Shown one piece after another: positions 35,294 through 43,967 of a stretch of DNA of 43,967 nucleotides. Where the stretch lies: the NCBI GenBank assembly GCA_049472235.1, contig JBLIRI010000003.1:1-43967 (forward strand), in the 5' to 3' direction. The stretch comes from Thermoplasmatota archaeon. Its GTDB lineage: Archaea; Thermoplasmatota; Penumbrarchaeia; Penumbrarchaeales; Penumbrarchaeaceae. The translations under genes were made by a program, and so were the position numbers. Each line of letters opens with the position of its first letter. Within the stretch, counting starts at the first letter, position 1. The notes beneath the pieces are model-generated. The model searched no databases and was not told where the DNA came from. It saw only the letters and a program-made list of their open reading frames with translations.

Positions 35294-35326
35294 AATAAAA
35301 ACATTGTCGTCGGATACTGACAACAA
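35294..35326 (-). terminator. Hairpin plus U-tract after the PqqD-like gene
   Basis: Minus strand UUGUUGUC-AGUAUCC-GACGACAA then UGUUUUUAUU; followed by a TATATATA box for the downstream peptidase gene. Confidence 0.5.
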
Positions 35327-35342
35327 CGTACCTTCCTGTCGT

Positions 35343-35783
35343 CTATGGGTCTTTGGGCCTGATCACGACCTTCTTTGCTTTTTTCCTGTATCCCTTCTCC
35401 CCATCCTTCCGGTATTCCAGCCTCAGAAGCCCCAGTTTGAGCATGGTTTCAAGAAGCCCTCCCACCACCTTGTCAACGGGCTCGACCCTCTCATGAAAAC
35501 TCTGCTGCTGCTCAAGGTAGATCTCCGCTAGACAGTGTTCTCCGTCGCTCAGCTCCCAGAGGAGCGTTCCCACCTCGTCCAGGGGGCGCCTTATGTTCTC
35601 CGGCCCCTTCAGCAGTTTGTGGAGGCGCCTCTCGAACCTGTTGAAGTTCTTCGGGTACTCTAGGACAACCTTACCGTCCCTGTAGAACCATTCTATCTCC
35701 GAGCGCACCGGGAAGATATACCCCGGATCCGGACCCCTGTATGAGGGGCTGTCCATCAATTTCTTCTTCCCTTCCAATGACAT
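35343..35783 (-). CDS. PqqD-family (RiPP recognition element-like) protein
   Basis: LDEVGTLLWELSDGEHCLAEI...F...VGGLLETMLKLGLL wHTH-like PqqD pattern. Confidence 0.8.
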   Translation of the reverse strand: MSLEGKKKLMDSPSYRGPDPGYIFPVRSEIEWFYRDGKVVLEYPKNFNRFERRLHKLLKGPENIRRPLDEVGTLLWELSDGEHCLAEIYLEQQQSFHERVEPVDKVVGGLLETMLKLGLLRLEYRKDGEKGYRKKAKKVVIRPKDP

Positions 35784-35786
35784 CCC

Positions 35787-35960
35787 TCACAAGGCCGGGT
35801 AGACGATGAACAGGAGAGCGAGCATCGAGATGACCCCTGCCACCGCAAAGAACCATGTCCACTTCCTGCTCTTCCATCCATACTTGGCGATGTTGACCAT
35901 GACCCCGGATACTATAACGGCCAGGATCAGTCCGATATAGACGAGGGGGTGAACCTCCAT
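35787..35960 (-). CDS. Small two-TM membrane protein (57 aa)
   Basis: Read manually: MEVHPLVYIGLILAVIVSGVMVNIAKYGWKSRKWTWFFAVAGVISMLALLFIVYPAL; GGTGG RBS; stop 3 nt before the PqqD start. Confidence 0.75.
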   Translation of the reverse strand: MEVHPLVYIGLILAVIVSGVMVNIAKYGWKSRKWTWFFAVAGVISMLALLFIVYPAL

Positions 35961-36025
35961 GACCACCGGAGGAGCAAGGGATTACAAATCGATTTCCATG
36001 GGCCCAGGGGCATATTCGGAAACAA

Positions 36026-36080
36026 TTATATACCACCATGCATGTAAGGGTTACAACAAGATTACAACTTAAGGTTGTAA
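36026..36080 (+). promoter_or_regulatory. Heat-shock operon promoter: TATA box plus TTACAAC-N5-GTTGTAA operator
   Basis: TTATATA at 36026-36032; TTACAAC at 36051-36057 and 36062-36068; GTTGTAA at 36074-36080. Confidence 0.72.
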
Positions 36081-36097
36081 AGAGGAAGGTAGTAATC

Positions 36098-36940
36098 ATG
36101 GCCGGCAAGGACCAGACGGTACGGGAACCCAACACCGAGATACAGGAGACCCCCGAGGGGGCAAAGCTAACGGCCGAGCTCCCGGGGGTGGCCCAGGACG
36201 CCATAAGGATCGCGGTGTCAAAGGACATCCTGAAGCTTGAGGCCGAGGGCACCAGGGGCAAGTTCAGTACCATCCAGGCCCTGCCGTTCGAACCTGATCC
36301 GGACGGGATATCCGTATCATTCTCACAGGGGGTCCTCGAGGTCCTCCTGGGAAGGAAGCATGATGACACCGAACATGTCGGCGAGAAGCAGGTACCCGTA
36401 CTATCGACCGTCGATGCCTCCATCGATCTGCTAGAAAAAGAGCTGGACCAGCTCCGCAACGAGCTTCTCAAGGTCTCGGGGGAGAGGGCCTCCCTGGAGG
36501 AGAGGGCGGCTTTTCTGCAGAGGGATTTCCAGAATCTGAAACGCAGGCACGAGGCCGAGAAGGATTCCATTGCCGACAGGAAGATCGAGGAGATATCGAC
36601 CGGACTGATCGAAGTACTGGACAGCTTCAAGCTCGCCAAGGCCTCCATCAAGGGCCCCGGTAAGACCGAGAACTCCATCGAGCAGACCCTCAAGGGGATC
36701 GAGATGATAGAGAACCAGGTCCAGAGCCTCTTTCGGAAGATCGGCATCACGAGCATGTCGGTGGAAGGCCAGCACTTCGATCATAACTTCCACGAGGCTG
36801 TTGGCAACGTGGAAAGGAAGGACCTCGAAGACGATGTGGTCGCCAGCGAGGTCAAGACGGGTTACATTTACAAGGGCAGAACGCTCCGGCCTGCCCAGGT
36901 CATCGTCAACAGGAAGCCCCCGGTGGGCAAGGAGAAATAA
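36098..36940 (+). CDS. grpE: GrpE nucleotide exchange factor with an N-terminal Hsp20/alpha-crystallin-like domain (280 aa)
   Basis: C-terminal LQRDFQNLKRR, LIEVLDSF, FDHNFHEAV, GYIYKGRTLRPAQVIV (GrpE); N-terminal EPNTEIQE...AELPGV...LPFEPDP...SFSQGVLEV (archaeal Hsp20 pattern). Confidence 0.9.
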   Translation: MAGKDQTVREPNTEIQETPEGAKLTAELPGVAQDAIRIAVSKDILKLEAEGTRGKFSTIQALPFEPDPDGISVSFSQGVLEVLLGRKHDDTEHVGEKQVPVLSTVDASIDLLEKELDQLRNELLKVSGERASLEERAAFLQRDFQNLKRRHEAEKDSIADRKIEEISTGLIEVLDSFKLAKASIKGPGKTENSIEQTLKGIEMIENQVQSLFRKIGITSMSVEGQHFDHNFHEAVGNVERKDLEDDVVASEVKTGYIYKGRTLRPAQVIVNRKPPVGKEK

Positions 36941-36961
36941 CGGTAAACGAGGTGATCACAA

Positions 36962-38800
36962 ATGGGAAAGGTAATAGGAATAGATCTTGGGACCACGAAC
37001 TCTGTCGTGGCCGTGATAGAAGGCGGACAGCCGGTCGTCATCCCCAACAGGGAGGGTGCAAGAACGACCCCGTCCGTTGTCGGAATAACGAAGAAGGGCG
37101 AGAGGCTGGTCGGAGAGCTTGCCAAGAGGCAGGCCGTTGCCAATCCTGACAACACGATCGCCTCCATCAAGAGGAAGATGGGCCAGAAGATCAAGGTCAA
37201 CATGGCGGGAAAGAAGTACACCCCGCAGGAGATATCGGCGATGGTCCTTCAGAAGATGAAGGAGGATGCCGAAGCCTACCTTGGAGAGAAGATCACGGAG
37301 GCCGTGATAACCGTCCCCGCCTACTTCGAGGATGCCCAGAGGCAGGCCACCAAGGACGCCGGGAAGATCGCCGGTCTCGATGTGAAGAGGATCATCAACG
37401 AGCCCACGGCGGCAGCGCTTGCATACGGGCTGGACAAGGAAGGCGACCTCACGATCCTGGTCTACGACCTCGGCGGGGGCACCTTCGACGTTTCCATCCT
37501 GCAGATAGGGGACGGCGTCTTCCAGGTCAAATCGACATCGGGAAACAACCATCTAGGCGGAGATGACTTCGACCAGAGGGTCATCGAATGGATGGCCAAG
37601 GATTTCAAGAATACCCACGGCGTCGACCTTCTGAAGGACAAGCAGGCGGTCCAGAGGCTGAAGGATGCCGCCGAGAAGGCAAAGATCGAGCTTTCGGGGA
37701 CCCCGACGACCCAGATAAGCATACCCTTCATTACACAGGGGGACGACGGACCTCTCCATCTCGAGATGGACCTTTCCAGGTCAAAGTTCGAATCCCTGAT
37801 AGGCGACCTTGTGGAGAAGACCCTCAAACCGCTGAAGCAGGCGCTCAAGGACGCCAAGCTCGAGCCCAAGGACATCGACAAGATCCTTCTTGTCGGCGGC
37901 TCCACGAGGGTCCCCATGGTCCAGTCCAAGATCAACGAGATCATGAAGAAGGAGCCCACGAAGAACATCAACCCGGACGAATGCGTCGCCATCGGAGCGG
38001 CCATCCAGGCGGGTGTCCTCACGGGCGAGGTCGGAAAGGACATGGTCCTTCTTGACGTCACCCCCCTGTCTCTCGGTATCGAGACCCTCGGGGGCGTCCT
38101 GACCAGGATCATCAACCGAAACACCACCATCCCCACGAAGAAGTCCAAGATATTCTCCACGGCCTCGGACAACCAGCCGCAGGTGGAGATCCATGTGCTC
38201 CAGGGCGAGAGGCCCATGGCGGCTGACAACAAGACCCTGGGAGTGTTCACCCTGACCGGGATCCCGCCCGCTCCGAGGGGCATCCCCCAGATCGAGGTGA
38301 CCTTCCAGATCGACGCCAACGGCATAGTCCACGTGACCGCAAAGGACCTGGCGACCGGAAATAGCCAGGATATTGTCGTTTCGGGGACCGGGGCGCTTTC
38401 CGAGACCGAGATAGAGAGAATGATGGATGACGCTGACAGGTTCGCGGAGGATGACAAGAAGAAGCTCGAGATCGCGGAGGCCAAGAACAACGCGACCTCC
38501 CTTGTGTTCGCCACCGAGAGGGCGATCAAGGACCACCGCAGCAAGCTTGACGCCTCCGAGGTCGAGGAGGTAGAATCCCTCATGAAGGAGGTCGAGGAGC
38601 TCGCCAAGGGAGACGACGTGGACGAGCTGAAGTCCAAGACCGAAGAGCTCTCCGAGGCCTCCCAGAAGCTGTTCGCCAAGATGTACCAGCAGGCATCGAA
38701 GTCCGCAGGACCTTCGATGGAGGAGGAGGATGAGGAACCCGCATCCTCTGAGAAGGAAACCGACGACGACTACATAGACGTCGATGCCGAGGATAAGTAA
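36962..38800 (+). CDS. dnaK: Chaperone DnaK (Hsp70)
   Basis: [56 protein letters not shown]. Confidence 0.99.
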   Translation: MGKVIGIDLGTTNSVVAVIEGGQPVVIPNREGARTTPSVVGITKKGERLVGELAKRQAVANPDNTIASIKRKMGQKIKVNMAGKKYTPQEISAMVLQKMKEDAEAYLGEKITEAVITVPAYFEDAQRQATKDAGKIAGLDVKRIINEPTAAALAYGLDKEGDLTILVYDLGGGTFDVSILQIGDGVFQVKSTSGNNHLGGDDFDQRVIEWMAKDFKNTHGVDLLKDKQAVQRLKDAAEKAKIELSGTPTTQISIPFITQGDDGPLHLEMDLSRSKFESLIGDLVEKTLKPLKQALKDAKLEPKDIDKILLVGGSTRVPMVQSKINEIMKKEPTKNINPDECVAIGAAIQAGVLTGEVGKDMVLLDVTPLSLGIETLGGVLTRIINRNTTIPTKKSKIFSTASDNQPQVEIHVLQGERPMAADNKTLGVFTLTGIPPAPRGIPQIEVTFQIDANGIVHVTAKDLATGNSQDIVVSGTGALSETEIERMMDDADRFAEDDKKKLEIAEAKNNATSLVFATERAIKDHRSKLDASEVEEVESLMKEVEELAKGDDVDELKSKTEELSEASQKLFAKMYQQASKSAGPSMEEEDEEPASSEKETDDDYIDVDAEDK

Positions 38801-38811
38801 ATAAGAAGTAA

Positions 38812-38835
38812 GGGAGGGGCCATTCCGCCCCTCCC
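38812..38835 (+). terminator. Intercistronic GC hairpin between dnaK and dnaJ
   Basis: GGGAGGGGC-CATTCC-GCCCCTCCC perfect 9-bp stem; no strong U-tract. Confidence 0.5.
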
Positions 38836-38859
38836 ATCACCTTAAAGGGCAGTGCAAGG

Positions 38860-39978
38860 ATGAAGAAGGACTACTACGAGATCCTGGGTGTCGCAAAGGA
38901 CGCGCAGAAGGCCGAGGTCGAGAAGGCCTACAGGAAGCTTGCCCTGAAGTACCATCCGGACAGGAACCCGGACGATCCTTCGGCCGCGAAGAAGTTCACC
39001 GAGGTGACCGAGGCGTACGAGGTCCTCTCCGACGAGAACAAGCGCTCCCAGTACGACCAGTTCGGCTTTGCGACCGAGGACGGCGAGATGCCAAACTATC
39101 AGTACCAGCATGTGGACCTCGACGAGGCCCTCAGGATGTTCATGAGGTCCTTCGGCGGCGGTTTTGGCTCTTTCTTCGGCGGGGGGGACCCCTTCGAGGA
39201 GAGGTCCTACAGGCGCAGAGGGCCCATTAAAGGGGATGACCGCCTGACATCGGTCCGTATCACCCTCGAGGAAGCGGTGGCGGGTGTCGATAAGGAACTT
39301 GAGGTCGTCCACCTCATCAACTGTCCGGTCTGCGGCGGCTCCGGTTCCGCCCAGGGCGAGGAGGCCATCGAATGCCCGGAATGCAGCGGATCCGGAAGCC
39401 AGAGGCTCGTCAAGAACCTGGGACCGGTGCAGTATGTCACCACGAAGACCTGCTCGCGGTGCAACGGCGAGGGTCAGATAATCAAGGACCCCTGCCAGAA
39501 GTGCAAGGGCAAGAAGAGGGTCAGGGAGAGGATAAACAAGTCGATAACCATACCGCCAGGGGTCGATACCGGGAACAGGCTCAGGGTCGCCGGCCTCGGG
39601 GATTCCGGGGAGCGGGGGGCCCCGCCTGGCGACCTTTTCGTCGCTGTCGAGGTCAGGCCCCATCCATTCTTCGACAGGGTCGGAGATGACGTGAAGTGCG
39701 ATATAAACATCAACTACCCCCAGGCGGTGCTGGGGACCAAGGTCGAGATCAGGACGCTCCACGGCCCGGTGGAAGTGAAGATCCCATCCGGGACACAGCC
39801 CAACAGCACCCTGAGGATAAAGGGCAAGGGTATGCCAAGCCTCCGGGGCGGAAGGCGGATCGGCGATCTCTATGTCAACGTGAGGGTGGATGTTCCCAAG
39901 CACCCTGGTATTTTCGAGAAGAAGGCCATCAAGAAGCTGGCAGAGGTCCAGGGTGAGAACATCAAGTTCAATTACTGA
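38860..39978 (+). CDS. dnaJ: Chaperone DnaJ (class A)
   Basis: J-domain with HPD, G/F-rich region, four zinc motifs [31 protein letters not shown]. Confidence 0.98.
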   Translation: MKKDYYEILGVAKDAQKAEVEKAYRKLALKYHPDRNPDDPSAAKKFTEVTEAYEVLSDENKRSQYDQFGFATEDGEMPNYQYQHVDLDEALRMFMRSFGGGFGSFFGGGDPFEERSYRRRGPIKGDDRLTSVRITLEEAVAGVDKELEVVHLINCPVCGGSGSAQGEEAIECPECSGSGSQRLVKNLGPVQYVTTKTCSRCNGEGQIIKDPCQKCKGKKRVRERINKSITIPPGVDTGNRLRVAGLGDSGERGAPPGDLFVAVEVRPHPFFDRVGDDVKCDININYPQAVLGTKVEIRTLHGPVEVKIPSGTQPNSTLRIKGKGMPSLRGGRRIGDLYVNVRVDVPKHPGIFEKKAIKKLAEVQGENIKFNY

Positions 39979-40658
39979 CGCTTTCGGGGAGGAGCGAACT
40001 CCACCAGGACCCCTCCGTCGGGGGTGATCTCCGCTTTTTTGATCTCCGCGGGGAACAAGTGCTCTGGAAAACCGCCCCCTCCCATTATGGTGGGCCCGTG
40101 CCCGCCGATCATGAGCGGACCGAAGTAGATCGTGAACCTGTCGAAGAGGCCGGTCCGGACGAACTCCGAAATGATAAGGGAGCCCCCTTCAACCAGGACC
40201 TTCCGGACCCCATTCTCCCACAATAACTTCAGGGCTTCCCCCATGTCGATCCTTCCCTCGACGGCCGGCATCCTCACCATCCGGATGTCCAGGTCCTCAG
40301 CTCCAGCGGTTCGGACCATCGTCTTGTACCAGGAGGGATCGCAGTCGTCCGATGTCAGTATTATCGATCCGCCCCCCGTCCTGAGGAACCTGGAAGAGGG
40401 CGGGACCCTTCCCGCTCCATCCACCACTATCTTCGTGAGGGGAGGGGGGTCCTTGACGAACTCTTCCTTCACGATGAGCTTCGGGTCGTCAGCGATGATG
40501 GTGCCGGCGCCGACCAGAATGGCACCGAGCTCTGCCCGGAGCTTGTGCACACGTTCCTTGTCCCAGGGCCCCGATATCCGGATCCTCGAGCCGTCCGGTC
40601 TCGCGATCTTGCCGTCCAGGGTCGAGGCGCAGTTGATATGGACCCATGGCCTTTCCAT
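39972..40658 (-). CDS. RibD C-terminal-type pyrimidine reductase (archaeal riboflavin biosynthesis, ArfC/Rib7-like)
   Basis: [44 protein letters not shown]. Confidence 0.9.
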   Translation of the reverse strand: MERPWVHINCASTLDGKIARPDGSRIRISGPWDKERVHKLRAELGAILVGAGTIIADDPKLIVKEEFVKDPPPLTKIVVDGAGRVPPSSRFLRTGGGSIILTSDDCDPSWYKTMVRTAGAEDLDIRMVRMPAVEGRIDMGEALKLLWENGVRKVLVEGGSLIISEFVRTGLFDRFTIYFGPLMIGGHGPTIMGGGGFPEHLFPAEIKKAEITPDGGVLVEFAPPRKRQ

Positions 40659-40765
40659 GATGGCGCATGGCCAACTGCCGATTTATACCCTCCTCCATTC
40701 CATCGGACAGTAATTGTTAAAAGGCCATTATGCGCTAGACCCCCAGCCAGAGGCGGGTAGTCGAT

Positions 40766-41605
40766 ATGGATGACATAGAGATATACGAGTACAGGCGACT
40801 GGACCTCAGGGACTCCTTCATAATAGACGGATTTCCCAGCGTTGGGCTTGTCAGCACCATAACCGCCAGCTATATCGTGGCCGCACTGGATATGGAGCTA
40901 ATCGGAGTCATGGACTCTGTCTATTTCCCCACGGTCTCCGTCATCCGGGACGGAGAGCCCCACCACCCAGTAAGGTTCTACGCGGGGGACCTCGAAGGTC
41001 CCGACGGCGACTGGACAAGGCTCGTCGTTTTCCTTTCCGAGTTCCAGCCCCCATCGAACCTGATCAAGCTCATATGCAATTCGATGCTGGACTGGGCGCA
41101 GGACCAGAAGTGCTCCTGCCTGATCTCCCCGGAAGGTCTGGTCATCGAGGGAGAGAACCAGGGCCAGCAGCAGGGGGGCGAGGACGCCGACGACGAGAGC
41201 ACTCCGGAACCGGTCATGAACGTTCCTCCCGCCCAGTTTAGCGGCGATAAACAAGTCTACGGCCTCTCCTCGACCTCATCCGGCAAGGACAGGCTTCAGA
41301 AGGCCAAGATCCCGATCTTCCCCGAAGGCCTCATTTCCGGCATCCCCGGAGTCCTCCTGAACGAGGGCAAGAAGAGGAACTTCGAGGTAACCTGTCTTCT
41401 GGCAGAGGCCAGGGACAATATACCCGATGCAAGGGCTGCGGCCGGAATAATAGAAGTGCTCCGTGATATCATACCCTACCTCGAGATCGACCTGGCCCCG
41501 CTTTATGCCGAGGCAGATCTCCTGGAAGCCAAGATGAGGGGCTACCAGAGGATCAGCAAGCCAGGCGGAAAGAAGACCATACCCTCTCCTTCGATGTACG
41601 GATAG
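40766..41605 (+). CDS. PAC2-family proteasome assembly chaperone
   Basis: IIDGFPSVGLVSTI, HPVRFY, GLISGIPGVLL, PDARAAA, IDLAPLYAEA, C-terminal MYG. Confidence 0.9.
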   Translation: MDDIEIYEYRRLDLRDSFIIDGFPSVGLVSTITASYIVAALDMELIGVMDSVYFPTVSVIRDGEPHHPVRFYAGDLEGPDGDWTRLVVFLSEFQPPSNLIKLICNSMLDWAQDQKCSCLISPEGLVIEGENQGQQQGGEDADDESTPEPVMNVPPAQFSGDKQVYGLSSTSSGKDRLQKAKIPIFPEGLISGIPGVLLNEGKKRNFEVTCLLAEARDNIPDARAAAGIIEVLRDIIPYLEIDLAPLYAEADLLEAKMRGYQRISKPGGKKTIPSPSMYG

Positions 41606-41631
41606 AATGAGACCGCCTCAGGCTCGGGATC

Positions 41632-42381
41632 CTACTGGAGTTCCTTTGCCACGACCCCTTTGACCGGAGGCAGCGCCCTCTTTGCCTTCTTCCGCGGTCT
41701 CCCCCTCTTCTTCTGCGGTGCGGAAACGACTATTGCCTCGACCACTCTCGACTCCGTCCTCTCGTTGTACTGGTCGTTCATGTCCCCGACTATCTTGGAG
41801 ACGAGATCGCCCTTCGAGTACCACTGGGTGCTGAGGGCCCTGGCCGTGCCCTTGGCATTGGCGCGGTAGAAGAAATGGAGCATCCGGTGGAAGAAAAGCT
41901 CCTGGGCCAGCTGGTAGTTCATGGAATCCAGGCCGCCCCCCATCGACAGGTAGGAATCACCTATGGAATGGCAAAGGACCTTCAGGAACTCGGGATTGAC
42001 GAATCCGGTATCCATGTCGATGTGGACGTCTTCCAGGGCGGCGTTCATCCTCTGGACCGCCTTCGTCGAGACGAGTAGATCGAAGAAATCCCATATGATC
42101 CTCGGGATGAGATTTGGATGTTCGTCGAGGACTGCAGCGGGGAAAATGCTGCCCCCGCCTTTGATGGTTCCCTGAAGGAGATCGATGAAATCCTCGAAAT
42201 GGTCCCTCTTGAAAACGTTGGTGTCTATCCGGAACAGGAGGGCCGCCCCGAGGGAGACCTTGGCGCCCTCCGAGATGAAGGGCATTATGACCTTCGATAT
42301 GGGCATCCCCGACAATCTCGAACTCAGGGCCAGTGCTTCCTTCTCGTTCTCGGCCATTCTGAGAGTCAAAAGCTCCGACAT
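41632..42381 (-). CDS. Hypothetical protein with a C-terminal AT-hook motif
   Basis: 249-aa ORF with GGTGAGG RBS; C-terminal KKRGRPRKK. Confidence 0.75.
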   Translation of the reverse strand: MSELLTLRMAENEKEALALSSRLSGMPISKVIMPFISEGAKVSLGAALLFRIDTNVFKRDHFEDFIDLLQGTIKGGGSIFPAAVLDEHPNLIPRIIWDFFDLLVSTKAVQRMNAALEDVHIDMDTGFVNPEFLKVLCHSIGDSYLSMGGGLDSMNYQLAQELFFHRMLHFFYRANAKGTARALSTQWYSKGDLVSKIVGDMNDQYNERTESRVVEAIVVSAPQKKRGRPRKKAKRALPPVKGVVAKELQ

Positions 42382-42455
42382 CGTTCCCTCACCTGCACTA
42401 TTTACTTATATACTGAGTATGTAATGAAGAGTATTTTAATTTTTTTATATTATGT

Positions 42456-42477
42456 ATGTAATATTTTTTTATTACAT
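42456..42477. promoter_or_regulatory. Inverted repeat ATGTAATA-N6-TATTACAT in a very AT-rich divergent promoter region
   Basis: Directly visible perfect 8-bp arms; further TACA/TGTA copies nearby. Confidence 0.5.
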
Positions 42478-42577
42478 TTATACAAAATATTATTACAAAA
42501 AAATGCGATCATCTAGAGTAATTCGCAACAAGTATTAAATAACATCCTTATGCTCCCTCGCTTCAGAGGGATCGCTC

Positions 42578-43967
42578 ATGAAATCCGTAAATGCGTCCGA
42601 ATGGAAAAGGTTCTTCCAGATTTTCATCATCGTCATGTTGATAACGAGCGGCTTAGGCGTCTTCTTATTCTACATGCCTCCCGGAGAGTCCGTGCAGGCA
42701 TACGATGTCAGCCTGACCGTTACCAAGGCGAGCCAGGAAGTAAGTGCAGGAAGTCAGGTGAACTATGGCTTCACAATAACGAATGAAGGCAACAACGGGG
42801 ACAGGTACACTATCTCCAGCACGGTTTCGGCATCGCCGACCACCGGCTGGCAGGTTACGCTGTCCAAGACCACGACCTCGAATATCCCGAGCAGCGGTAC
42901 CGACACCTTCACTGTTTCTGTGAGAGCGCCGTCAGGGGCAAATATTTCAGCCTACTGTTACGCCACCATCAGGGTCGTCTCGCAGACGGACGCCCCAAAT
43001 TCCTCCCAGTCCGTTCTCATCTCAACCATTATCAAGAGGTCCTACGGTGTATCCATAAGCTCCCCCGGGATAAAGTCCATCAATCCCGGTGGATCCGTCG
43101 TGTATACCTTCGATGTCAAGAACGAGGGTAACGACAGGGATGGATACAGACTCGAGGCCACCAACATACCAACCGGATGGTCAGCTTCCGTGGACTTTGA
43201 TACCGGAAGGATCAACCCCGGCGCGACAAAGGGGGCATCCATGACGGTCCAGGGTCCGTCGGATGCCAAGGCTCAATCCTACCAGATACTGGTAAAGGCA
43301 CAGTCCATTACCGATACCAATACATCGGCTACCAGGACCGTCACCACGAACGTCAACCAAACGTACAAGCTCTCCATCCAGTCCGATGGTGTCAAGCAGG
43401 TGGACGTCACCTCCCAGACCGTCGTCAACTTCAACGTCAAGCTTACAAATCTGGGCAACGGAGAGGACCAGTTCAACCTTGAATATTATATTCCGAAGGT
43501 CTATACCAGTGCCGGATGGGGCGGGGACCTCTCCACAACCACCACTTCCAAGGTAGGTGCGGACAAGAACACGACAGTGACCTTCTTCGCTTATCCTCCG
43601 TCGAAATCACTCAGACCCGCGGTCAACTCCAAGGGAGAGTTCTACATCAACGCGACCTCCGTGGGTAGCCCGGCGATAAAAAGGACCGTGAAGGTTTCCT
43701 GCGTCGTCCTGCCGTTCTACGATGTCAGGATCTTGAACACCGGGGCGTCACTTCAGACGGTCAATCCGGATGGAACCGTCACCTTCAAGTTCAACGTGAC
43801 CAACACCGGTAACGACCAAGACACCTTCGATTTCAATGTTGATTATCCGGATGGTTTCCAGGACACGTCGGTGGAGCCATCATCGATAACAATGGCAAGG
43901 GACGGGTACCAGCAGGTGACCGTCACGGTCACACCCGATTCGGACGTGGTGCTCGCACAGACATACA
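42578..43967 (+). CDS. Partial large secreted protein with tandem NEW3/NPCBM-associated (Ig-like) repeats; runs off the right edge
   Basis: Read manually: MKSVNASEWKRFFQIFIIVMLITSGLGVFLFY signal region; four repeats containing NEGNNGDRY, NEGNDRDGY, NLGNGEDQF, NTGNDQDTF; no stop seen before the window end. Confidence 0.88.
   Translation, partial: MKSVNASEWKRFFQIFIIVMLITSGLGVFLFYMPPGESVQAYDVSLTVTKASQEVSAGSQVNYGFTITNEGNNGDRYTISSTVSASPTTGWQVTLSKTTTSNIPSSGTDTFTVSVRAPSGANISAYCYATIRVVSQTDAPNSSQSVLISTIIKRSYGVSISSPGIKSINPGGSVVYTFDVKNEGNDRDGYRLEATNIPTGWSASVDFDTGRINPGATKGASMTVQGPSDAKAQSYQILVKAQSITDTNTSATRTVTTNVNQTYKLSIQSDGVKQVDVTSQTVVNFNVKLTNLGNGEDQFNLEYYIPKVYTSAGWGGDLSTTTTSKVGADKNTTVTFFAYPPSKSLRPAVNSKGEFYINATSVGSPAIKRTVKVSCVVLPFYDVRILNTGASLQTVNPDGTVTFKFNVTNTGNDQDTFDFNVDYPDGFQDTSVEPSSITMARDGYQQVTVTVTPDSDVVLAQTY

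Noticed and set aside
35259-35345. Amber (pyrrolysine-type) readthrough fusing the PqqD gene to the in-frame peptidase ORF
   Set aside because: An in-frame TAA lies in the spacer, which also contains a terminator-like hairpin and a TATA box.
35671-36756. 361-aa minus-strand ORF spanning grpE and its promoter
   Set aside because: Antisense to grpE, crosses the operator, and conflicts with the better-supported 57-aa membrane ORF.
37462-38679. 405-aa antisense ORF (and other long antisense ORFs) over dnaK and dnaJ
   Set aside because: Shadow frames of strongly biased coding sequence; long antisense ORFs opposite dnaK are a well-known artefact.
42550-42786. 78-aa ORF from the track
   Set aside because: Off-frame shadow of the real signal-peptide-bearing CDS starting at 42578, which the track missed because it has no stop in the window.

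Overview
A GC-rich archaeal chromosomal window, most consistent with an uncultured Thermoplasmatota lineage. The basis is an archaeal SRP RNA, phosphopantothenate synthetase, Cgi121, a PAC2 chaperone, a FlaK-type prepilin peptidase, a wHTH-STAND-TPR regulator and TATA-type promoters. About 40 genes are supportable. They include housekeeping genes (nfo, rubredoxin, pps, tandem trkH, an ArcE/COG2403 enzyme, a LipS2-like radical SAM protein, grpE-dnaK-dnaJ, a RibD-C reductase) and several large secreted or anchored Ca-motif-rich surface proteins. Four CDS missing from the ORF track were read directly: 1-165 (partial), 29233-29376, 35787-35960 and 42578-end (partial). The most notable observations are: (1) a ~1 kb PIN toxin-partner islet bounded by a recoded duplicate of the 3' end of the prepilin peptidase gene, resembling an integration scar; (2) an Hsp20 alpha-crystallin domain fused to GrpE behind an AAC-N5-GTT operator; (3) a secreted protein with eleven gap-free 21-residue DxDxDGxPE repeats next to the STAND regulator; (4) a four-hairpin leader with alternative pairings upstream of the ArcE-like gene; (5) six ACA motifs phased at exactly 10 bp upstream of an FG-GAP/PKD adhesin. 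No CRISPR array, rRNA, tRNA, integrase or transposase was recognised. All family calls come from motif recognition, not database searches.
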